NCBI GenBank assembly: GCA_024639555.1
Contig: JAHEID010000003.1
Location: 1-40,341 of the forward strand
Origin: Deltaproteobacteria bacterium
GTDB lineage: Bacteria; Desulfobacterota; Desulfobulbia; Desulfobulbales; BM004
Length of the DNA: 40,341 nucleotides
Reading direction: 5' to 3'
The position numbers and the translations under genes were made by a program. Under the pieces are notes generated by a model. It was not told the origin of the DNA. It saw only the letters and a list, made by a program, of their open reading frames with translations, and did no database searches. Positions 1-7,800 of the stretch are shown here, piece by piece. Position 1 is the first letter of the stretch; every line of letters starts with the position of its first letter.

Positions 1-2
1 AA

Positions 3-152
3 GTGAGGGTAGCAGAAAATTACCCAAATGGAACCTGGGTAAATACAGATGATTTGGGTACTATTGATAATGGTTTACACTTTGATGATGTTGGATATCG
101 ATTACTTGGTGAAAGATTTGCACTCGCAGCAATTAGTTTAATTGACCCTTAA
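3..152 (+). CDS. C-terminal fragment (5'-truncated by window) of a probable SGNH/SASA-type carbohydrate acetylesterase
   Basis: Own translation VRVAENYPNGTWVNTDDLGTIDNGLHFDDVGYRLLGERFALAAISLIDP*; the D-x-x-x-HF...GY..LG.RFA ending is typical of SGNH block V in sialate O-acetylesterase-like proteins. Confidence 0.6.
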   Translation: MRVAENYPNGTWVNTDDLGTIDNGLHFDDVGYRLLGERFALAAISLIDP

Positions 153-697
153 AATGAAATAGTTCAGATAAACAACAAAGCCAAGTAACAGACTATTATT
201 GAATTTGTCATTACTGCTGATATGTCTGACAGTGTCAAGTAGAAAAAACCTAGCCATTGCCCGTGTTTTATCGGGAGTTTTTCATTTCATATGCAGGGCA
301 CCGCCAACTGTAAAGATCTGCTATATCTTTACAGTCGTGAATCATTCCTGAATTATCAAGGTATCCACAATACATCTTAACTTTTTTAGTCAACATATCT
401 CCCTAATATATTGACCCGACTCATAAATCACGATATCTATATCCATCCAGTACTGATATTTTGGATATATCTTGACTTTTGATTGCCAGTGGACATCTTG
501 AATCATTTTTTGCAAGATGAAAGTTAAGATGTGGCAAGACATCTATAATTTTTAAAACCTTTCAAATAACCTCACTGTGGCACTTCCCCCCTTGACTTAC
601 CTTTTTTAGGTTTTAATATTTATTCTTATATAAAAGTAACTCATACAACCTCTACAAAATCTTTTTAAATAAAGAGGTGTACATAGACTAAAAAATT

Positions 698-1009
698 ATG
701 GCAAACAACAGGGTGAGAACTATGTCTGATGTCACTGATGACAACAGCAAGAATCAGCAGGAGTCCGGAGAAGAATCGGAATTGGAAGCATCGAACGATA
801 CTGGGGAAAAAAAAGTACAGACAAAGTCCTATAACCACCTCAGAGGAGCAAGTTATATGGTTCTGCTCATTGCGGCTGTTTTTGTGATATACAAAATAAT
901 GACAAAAAGCTGTTGCGGAGCGTCTTGGTCAACGGTTGTCTTCACAGCTGTCCTCGGTTTTGGACTGCTGGCATATTCTTTCTATCACAAATCCCATGAT
1001 CATGATTGA
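698..1009 (+). CDS. Hypothetical small membrane protein (acidic N-terminus, two TM helices, CC motif, His-rich tail)
   Basis: 103-aa ORF with two hydrophobic segments; TTGACT -35-like box at 592 upstream; terminator directly downstream. Confidence 0.65.
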   Translation: MANNRVRTMSDVTDDNSKNQQESGEESELEASNDTGEKKVQTKSYNHLRGASYMVLLIAAVFVIYKIMTKSCCGASWSTVVFTAVLGFGLLAYSFYHKSHDHD

Positions 1010-1043
1010 TTCTTACAATACCAAAATATCCATTGGATACATT

Positions 1044-1070
1044 AATCCTGCCTTCGGGCGGGGTTTTTTA
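1044..1070 (+). terminator. Rho-independent terminator (near-identical copy at 4574)
   Basis: AATCCTGCC-TTCG-GGCGGGGTT followed by T run. Confidence 0.85.
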
Positions 1071-1427
1071 TTTGATATTTAAAATGTACAGTGGAAATAT
1101 TCAGTCAGATTTTGTATGACAAAACCCAAGATGTTGGCAAGACATCTATAGTTCATGAAAAATCCCTTTCCTAACACATTGTGACACTTGATTTATCCAT
1201 CCACAAAATGTTATTAATAAAACTTAATCTTACCATAAATATAAACCTCTAAGAGAGAAGACTCTAGTGAGAGAGGTTTTTCTTAAAATGCCAGTTTAAA
1301 GCCTTCATCGGGAAGTGTTGTTTTCTTTGAAGGCCATTTGTGTTTTTGACAAGGACCGAAAGAAGCGATTACTTATCACCAATGTATAAGTACAATAATT
1401 AGCAACAATCCTTTCTAATCCATCATC

Positions 1428-2906
1428 ATGGAGACAAGTATGCATAGTAAATATATTCGATCAATCTGTGCAGCCGTAGCCTCGGCGTTTCTGTATATAA
1501 ATGCTATGCCTGCTTTCGCCGACTACACCAGAGTTACTGTTACTGGTACTGTCAGTGGCGTAGAAAGTGATTTGGGTGGTGGAACCTTTTTCGATCTCGG
1601 AGTGGACGATACAATTACCGGGCAGTTTGTTTACGGCACCAGCGAGGCGGATGCGACTTCAGTAGATTCAGAGGGCACTTTTAGCAAAGATTACTTTTTT
1701 ACCGGAAACAACTACGGCGCATCCATTACGAGCGCGAGCGGATCGGCAGGTTTTCAGAACGATCGGCTATCGCTTTTTGTCGATAATAATTTTCCGGTCG
1801 AAGCCGAAGATGCCGCTATTGTTGATCTTATTAACGAGGAATTCGGACTGAACATTCAAGTGGGGAACCAGCTGGATGGCTGGGGGATTGACGCAGAGTC
1901 ACCAGACGCAATCTGGGATAATCAGAATGACTGCCTGGTTAATGGTGCAGATTTGGAAATTATATTGCTTGATGTTGATGCAACGATGTATGACGGTCTG
2001 CCAGCAGCCCCCAATCTTCCGGAGCCGCCTGCTCAGAATGTGATCGATGCCCCTTTGTTCTTTATCGAGGAGGCCAGTGGCTCAACAGGCTGCGAAAATA
2101 TAGTCTACTCCGCTTACGGCAGGATTACCGATCTCCAGTACGAGCTGATTGAAAATGTAGCGACTCCCTATAATGATACCCAGGTTGCTATCATCGATGA
2201 TTTCACCATCGTGAAAAACGGCAATACCATCTGGTCGGATTCCTTTGGTGATGGCATTGCACCGATTACCAATGACGACTATCTCGTGAATGGTGCCGTG
2301 GGGCCGGAGTCGGGTGGAAAGCTCGCAATGGATACCTCTGTGGGTTCGGAGATCACTACGGGTACGAGCGGGCTCGAGATCGTTCGCCACCGGGTGCGCA
2401 AGAAGACCTCCACTGGCAGTGATATTACCAAAGGCCTCAGGACCGACGATACCTTTTCGGTGACGGCGACCTTTGACCTGACAGTGCCCGAGTTGCCTGG
2501 TGAGCATTACGGGATCATGCTGGCTGATAGTGTCAGCGGCACACCGGGGAATGACCACCTGGGCCTGGGTGTGCGGCACACATTCAAAGGCGATTTGAAG
2601 ATTCAATTCCGTCGACATGACAATCAGACAGGTACAGTCACCGTAATTGACGAGGTGGCACTGGATACGACCTCAGGTCATGAGCAGATTACCCTGAAAC
2701 TCAACCGGGCGAGTACGGGTACCAATGCCATTACCGCCTCCTATACCTACGGAGCCGGGTCGCCTGTTCCCTTTGCATCTACCGCAACCATCTTCAACGG
2801 GGAGAATTATACCCGGGCACAGTTTATGGCAGTGACGCCTTTGGAAGTGCCGGAAAGCGCCGCGCCCAAGGCCATGCCCTGGTTGTTCTTGCTGCTCGAG
2901 GAATAA
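1428..2906 (+). CDS. Secreted/surface acidic protein with C-terminal hydrophobic tail (AMPWLFLLLEE)
   Basis: 492-aa ORF, signal peptide ending AMPAFA-D, Asp/Thr/Gly-rich beta-type composition; start may be 1440. Confidence 0.8.
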   Translation: METSMHSKYIRSICAAVASAFLYINAMPAFADYTRVTVTGTVSGVESDLGGGTFFDLGVDDTITGQFVYGTSEADATSVDSEGTFSKDYFFTGNNYGASITSASGSAGFQNDRLSLFVDNNFPVEAEDAAIVDLINEEFGLNIQVGNQLDGWGIDAESPDAIWDNQNDCLVNGADLEIILLDVDATMYDGLPAAPNLPEPPAQNVIDAPLFFIEEASGSTGCENIVYSAYGRITDLQYELIENVATPYNDTQVAIIDDFTIVKNGNTIWSDSFGDGIAPITNDDYLVNGAVGPESGGKLAMDTSVGSEITTGTSGLEIVRHRVRKKTSTGSDITKGLRTDDTFSVTATFDLTVPELPGEHYGIMLADSVSGTPGNDHLGLGVRHTFKGDLKIQFRRHDNQTGTVTVIDEVALDTTSGHEQITLKLNRASTGTNAITASYTYGAGSPVPFASTATIFNGENYTRAQFMAVTPLEVPESAAPKAMPWLFLLLEE

Positions 2907-3079
2907 TGGTTTTTATCAATGAGACAGATGTCATCCGTAAGATCCTGGAGCATCTTGGGCTATGGGAAGACAAGACTCCCCCAGAACGCGCTCCACCCGA
3001 TTCAATTCCCTAAAAGAATTACGAACCGTATGACGACGGCTGGCCGCAGTAAGAGGAACCGTCAGTTACTATCCATTGA
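2906..3079 (+). pseudogene. IS91-family transposase C-terminal remnant
   Basis: Own translation MVFINETDVIRKILEHLGLWEDKTPPERAPPDSIP*KNYEPYDDGWPQ*EEPSVTIH*; FI....VI.KIL.HLGLW...RAPP resembles IS91/ISCR transposase C-termini; two in-frame stops. Confidence 0.7.
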
Positions 3080-3535
3080 GCCTGTCTTTTAAGATTATAT
3101 TTTCAGGCTGGTGGATTATTGCGCTGTTTGTTTTAACCAATAATCTAGATTTATTCCTCGCTTATCTATTTACGCATAACTGCTATATCGTTACACTCTT
3201 GAATAATTCTCAATGTGTCAAGATGTACAGTGGATATGTTGACTCTCATCAAAGAGTAAGGGGACCAACCAATCACGGCTGATCCCCTTTTTTCGTTGAA
3301 TTTCAATGACGACACCCCGGACGGCTTTTTGTTTTTTGCCTCCCTCCATTGGTTTAAAATCGTTAATCTTTCCTATAGAATCAAGGTGTACTTTGGACAT
3401 CTTGAATGGCAAGCAATCTGAACTTTAGGCTCAATCTCCCCAAGCCACCACATTGTGGTACTTTCTTCTTGACTATCTGATTGTTTCTATTTAAGAATAA
3501 CAATTACATACATAACCTCTATGAGGAGTTTCGCC

Positions 3536-3568
3536 ATGAAAAGGAGTAAGTTTAAAAAGCTTATATAA
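3536..3568 (+). CDS. Putative 10-aa leader/micro-peptide MKRSKFKKLI
   Basis: GAGGAG RBS 7 nt upstream, TTGACT-17-TAAGAA promoter-like pair from 3469, terminator hairpin directly after the stop. Confidence 0.35.
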   Translation: MKRSKFKKLI

Positions 3569-3606
3569 GGCCTCGTGGGTATAGTCCACCCCAACGGGGC
3601 TTTTGT
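3568..3606 (+). terminator. Putative intrinsic terminator/attenuator
   Basis: GCCTCGTGGG pairs with CCCAACGGGGC, followed by TTTTGTGTTTT. Confidence 0.6.
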
Positions 3607-3617
3607 GTTTTATTATC

Positions 3618-3694
3618 TCAAGAAAAAGCCAAACCTGCCGTGAGACAGGGACGGAAAATTGCGGGTCTTATAGGAGATAGCCGGGTTGCCTTGA
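3618..3694 (+). ncRNA. Cyclic di-GMP-I (GEMM-I) riboswitch
   Basis: P1 TCAAG/CTTGA; G-C-C-AAA-CC-TGCC-GTGA-GACAG-GGACGGAAA P2 with GNRA loop; P3 GGGTCT...AGATAGCCGGGTTGCC; located upstream of ORF 3773. Confidence 0.88.
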
Positions 3695-3772
3695 AAAGGG
3701 TTTCGGCACGCCCCAATTATTGGCGCGTGCCGAAAAAAAATTACTTATCACCCCAATCTTGAGGAAAAGAAA

Positions 3773-4267
3773 ATGAACACAAGCGGAAGACATCGAATCT
3801 ACATCACCCTGCTGCTGGGAAGCTTGCTGATTGCTCCGTCGCAAGTATTCAGCGAGCCACCCCGTCCTGAAGCTGAAGCTCAAGCAGAACTTAAACAAGT
3901 TCTTAAAGCAATTTACGATGATGCTATGTCAGCAAATGTCGAAGGACTTACAACTAGTCATCTTATTTCATCTAAGTTTACTAAATTTGGACCTCGAAAT
4001 TTCAGTAGACAAACAGCCGATGAAACGAATGAATCAGAGGCATCTTTCTTTACTTCAATCAAAGATCTAAAAGTGGAACTAAAAGATGTCAAGATAGATG
4101 TCTTTGGAGAAGTCGCAGTTACAACATTCTATCCTCATTTTTCATTCGTGAAGGATGACCAACTTAAAGAAGGCTCCAGTCGACAGACTCTTGTCTTTCT
4201 AAAAACAGATCAGGGCTGGAAAATCATTCATGAGCATGGAACTCCTAAGAAGTGTTTCACTGAATGA
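3773..4267 (+). CDS. Secreted NTF2-like/SnoaL-like domain protein
   Basis: Signal peptide; C-terminal R-x-T-x-VF-x-K...WKIIHEH motif of the SnoaL_3/DUF4440 fold; GAGG RBS. Confidence 0.8.
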   Translation: MNTSGRHRIYITLLLGSLLIAPSQVFSEPPRPEAEAQAELKQVLKAIYDDAMSANVEGLTTSHLISSKFTKFGPRNFSRQTADETNESEASFFTSIKDLKVELKDVKIDVFGEVAVTTFYPHFSFVKDDQLKEGSSRQTLVFLKTDQGWKIIHEHGTPKKCFTE

Positions 4268-4359
4268 CAGTCAAAACTCTATTTAAAAATAGCAACGAAA
4301 GTGAGTGACCATTTCACGGCCTAATGCTTGAATTAGAATACAAAAGTGATGATTAGAAA

Positions 4360-4548
4360 GTGGGCACTATTACTTCATATTATCAAGTTAACAGTGTTGA
4401 TTGCGATCCCCATGGGCCAAATCCAGAAAATTTTTATAAAGTTTTTCCAAACGACCCAAGCATAACAGGAGTGCAAAACTCTTCGTATCCGACACCGTCT
4501 TTTTCACTTGGTGAGATCCCCATAGCCTGTTGCGCTCCTGATCAATAG
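4360..4548 (+). CDS. Short hypothetical ORF or gene fragment
   Basis: 62 aa, GTG start, followed by terminator at 4574; no recognisable motif. Confidence 0.3.
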   Translation: MGTITSYYQVNSVDCDPHGPNPENFYKVFPNDPSITGVQNSSYPTPSFSLGEIPIACCAPDQ

Positions 4549-4573
4549 AGAGCAGTTCACATACCACAAGAAG

Positions 4574-4600
4574 AATCCTGCCTCCGGGCGGGGTTTTTTA
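4574..4600 (+). terminator. Rho-independent terminator (copy of 1044)
   Basis: AATCCTGCC-TCCG-GGCGGGGTT plus T run; one mismatch to 1044-1070. Confidence 0.85.
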
Positions 4601-4810
4601 TGTGATATTAAGATGTACGTTGGATATGTTAAGTCAGAGCTTGAATTACTAAACTCAACATTATGGCAAGGATATTTAACTTTCAGCGACAGAGAAAAGT
4701 TAACATATCCAGTGGATATATTGAATCTGATTCTGACGGCTTTTAAATCACATAGACGGCGTTAAACGGACATAGCCGGAGGTAAAGTCAGGTAAAGTAC
4801 TCTCAAAATT

Positions 4811-4857
4811 GGCCTTTCACGCCGGCGACACGAGTTCAAATCTCGTTGGGGGCGCCA
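4811..4857 (+). mobile_element. 3' half of tRNA-Glu(TTC): probable attR-type island boundary
   Basis: Anticodon loop CTTTCAC, T arm ACGAG-TTCAAAT-CTCGT, acceptor strand TGGGGGC-G-CCA; no D arm or 5' acceptor strand upstream; core gene purL follows. Confidence 0.85.
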
Positions 4858-4885
4858 CATTATAGGAGTTAAGGCCGCAAAGTGT

Positions 4886-7800
4886 TTATTCTGTTTCCCT
4901 GCACCACTGGTAAGCATTCTGGAACATCTGCAGCCAAGGGGTAACCCTCAGTTCCTTTTTCATCTCTTCAGGGAGCCAGTGGGCCTGCCATTTCAAAAAG
5001 GAACGCTCAGGGTGCGGCATCATGGCAAGATGTCTTCCATCATTTGAACAGAGTCCGGTTAAGCCCTCAGGAGAGCCATTCGGATTAAAGGGATATTGCT
5101 CGGTCGGCAAGCCTTCATCATCTACGAATGCCAGGGCGGCTAAACCATCGTTGCTGATCTTTTCGTGAATTGTTCCATCCGGGAACTGAAGGCGTCCTTC
5201 CCCATGCGCCACATGAATACCAAAAGTCAAATTTTCCATGCCCCTGAGCATGATTGCCTTGCTGTTCAGTACCTTTACAGTTGACCAGCGGGACTCGAAA
5301 CGGCCTGACACATTCCTGACAAATCTCGGCTGATCGGCAGGTTCAATTCCCTGCCACGGCACCCAGCCGAGAAGGGCGAAAAGCTGGCAGCCGTTGCATA
5401 CGCCCAGGGAAAAAGTATCAGCGCGTGAGTAAAAATCATCAAACATTTTTTTCAGCCGTTCATTGAAGAGAATAGTCGCCGCCCAGCCCTTGGCACTTTC
5501 CGGCACATCGGCATAGGAAAACCCTCCCACTGCTGCCAGTCCCCTGAAGCCTTCAAGCCCTACTTTTCCTGCAAGCAGGTCTGTCATGGCAATATCCCAT
5601 GGCTCAAACCCGGCAGCATAAAATGCTGATGTCATCTCCCTGTCGCTGTTGCTTCCTTCATCTCTTAGGATGGCTACTTGGGGCTTATCGGGACTTTCAA
5701 GAACCTCTTGCGATGTTTCCCTGGGGGTAAAGCCCATGAAATATTGGGGGCCCTGCCGATCATAAATGTTTTGTTTTTCTTCGACAGCGCAAACAGGATT
5801 CATCTGCAACCTTTCAAGCTGATAACTTGTCTCCTCCCAAACCTGGCGAAGCTCCTGCATGCTTTCAGCAAGAACTGGCTCGTTGTTAAACTGTACCTGT
5901 ATGTGCTTTTCAGAAGTCGTCCGGCCAATAACCGCAAAAGGGATGGCCCTTTCCGTGAGCAGGCCTTCAACTTCCTGAACCTTTTCAGGTGTGCACTCAA
6001 CAACCAGGCCCAATTCTTCAGAAAAAAGATGCTCGATAGGGCTCCCGGTTCCCCTTAGGTCAATATCAAGACCACAGTTGCCCCCAAAGGCCATTTCAAG
6101 AAGGGTGGTGATCAGGCCTCCGTCACTTCTGTCATGCCCGGAGAGAACCAGTTCTTGGGCGATGCATTCCTGCAAGGCATTAAACCCTTTTTTCACCAGG
6201 GTCGGGCTATCCATATCCGGTGCAGTATTGCCTATCTGCTTAACGGTCTGGGCAAGAGCTGATCCTCCCAGCCGGTTTTGTCCCTGTCCAAGGTCTACAA
6301 ACAACAGGATACTTCCGCCGGCTCTTTTTAAATCAGGTGTAACAACCCTGGTGATATCCTCCATGGTTGCATAGACGGAAATGACTAATTCTCTTGGTGA
6401 TTTTACCGTTTCTTCATCTACGCGGGTAGCCATGGAAAGGCTGTCTTTACCACCGTCAACTGCAATGCCCAACGATATCATGGCATCACGCATGGCGCAG
6501 GCAGCATCATAGAGCGCCGCTCCCTCACCGGGTAATTTCGGGGCCCACATCCAGTTGGCAGAGCACTTTACCCCTTCCAGGGTATCAATTTGAGCCCACA
6601 CCAGGTTGGTCAGCGCTTCACCGACTGCCATCCGGGCTCCTGCCATGGGGTCTACCAGCATTTTTATGGGTTGCTCGCCAATTGCTGTTGCCGCGCCGCT
6701 CAGTTCAAAATGACTCTGGGCAATAACAGCAACATCAGCAACGGTTGCCTGCAAAGGCCCGCAGCATTGCTGTTGGGCAATAAGCCCGGTGACGCTCCGG
6801 TCGACTTTATTAGTGAGAAAACGCTTGGAACCAACTGAGACAAGGCGCAAAACATTTTTCAAGGCTTCACGCACCGTCAAATTATGCGGCAGTTCCAGGG
6901 GGGCGAGTGGTTCTTGCAGCCGCCTGTCATAAAATGTCTTCTGGGGAATGTTGCCAAGAACTTCATGCAACTCCAGATCTACGGGCGTGGTGTTGTCCTG
7001 CCCGTCGGAAACAACAAAACGACCATCGCCTGTCACTGTGCCCAGAACTTCACAGTTTACCTTTTCTCTTTTACAAATCTCCTTAAATTCTCCGATGTTC
7101 TCCGGACGGATCAGCAGGCCGTTACGCTCCTGGTACTCAGCCACATAGATTTCAAGGACCGACATGGTGGGATCGCCTACCTTGATTTCTCTGATATCAA
7201 TCCTGCCCCCGGATTTTTCTACCAGCTCTTTAAGCACATTTCCCGGTCCGCCGGCTCCCTGGTCATGGATAACATCTATGAGAGACTTTTCCCCCATCTC
7301 TATACAGGTACGGATGGCACGATTCATTTTCTGTTCCATTTCCGCATCACCGCGCTGCACTGCATTGAAGTCAAGGTCCTCTACATTATCTCCCTGCAGC
7401 ATGCTGGAGGCTGCTCCACCGCCAAAACCCACCCTGTAGGCCGGCCCGCCGATCTGGACAATAAACATGTCTTTTTCAGCATCTGCCTTTTCTATATGCC
7501 TGTCATCAATCTGCCCAATACCTCCTGTAAACATGATCGGCTTCAGAAACCCCCAGCGCTCACCGTTGGAAAGACGCATATCAAATGACCTCGTAAAACC
7601 CTGTATAATCGGTTCACCAAACTTGTTTCCATAATCAGAGGCTCCGTTGCTGGCCTCAATTTCAATTTCAAGACCACTCGCCAGATTGGAAGGATAGGCA
7701 AAACCTTTTTCCTCCCAGGGTAAATCATAGTCCGGAATTTGCAGGTTCGCGACGCAGTATGCAGCAGTACCACCCACCACGAGTCCGCCCCTGCCTGTTC

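Larger units (their letters stand above)
356..4724. repeat. Dispersed family of ~13 imperfect 25-bp palindromes TCAAGATRT-N7-AYATCTTGA
   Basis: Copies at 356-380, 390-414, 451-475, 477-501, 524-547 (6-bp spacer), 1021-1045, 1079-1103, 1126-1150, 3218-3242, 3381-3405, 4608-4632, 4655-4679, 4700-4724; all lie outside credible genes. Confidence 0.85.

Noticed and set aside
3076-3412. ORFs 3076-3282 (+) and 3218-3412 (-)
   Set aside because: TTG starts without a clear RBS, no motifs, and they run across the palindromic sites; likely spurious
356-4724. CRISPR array, integron attC sites or Xer dif/pdif sites
   Set aside because: Spacing is irregular with no uniform spacers; no RYYYAAC...GTTRRRY-bounded long hairpins were recognised; arms do not match the XerC/XerD 11-6-11 consensus
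4780-4857. Intact tRNA-Glu gene
   Set aside because: No 5' acceptor strand (GCCCCCA expected) and no D arm upstream of the anticodon arm
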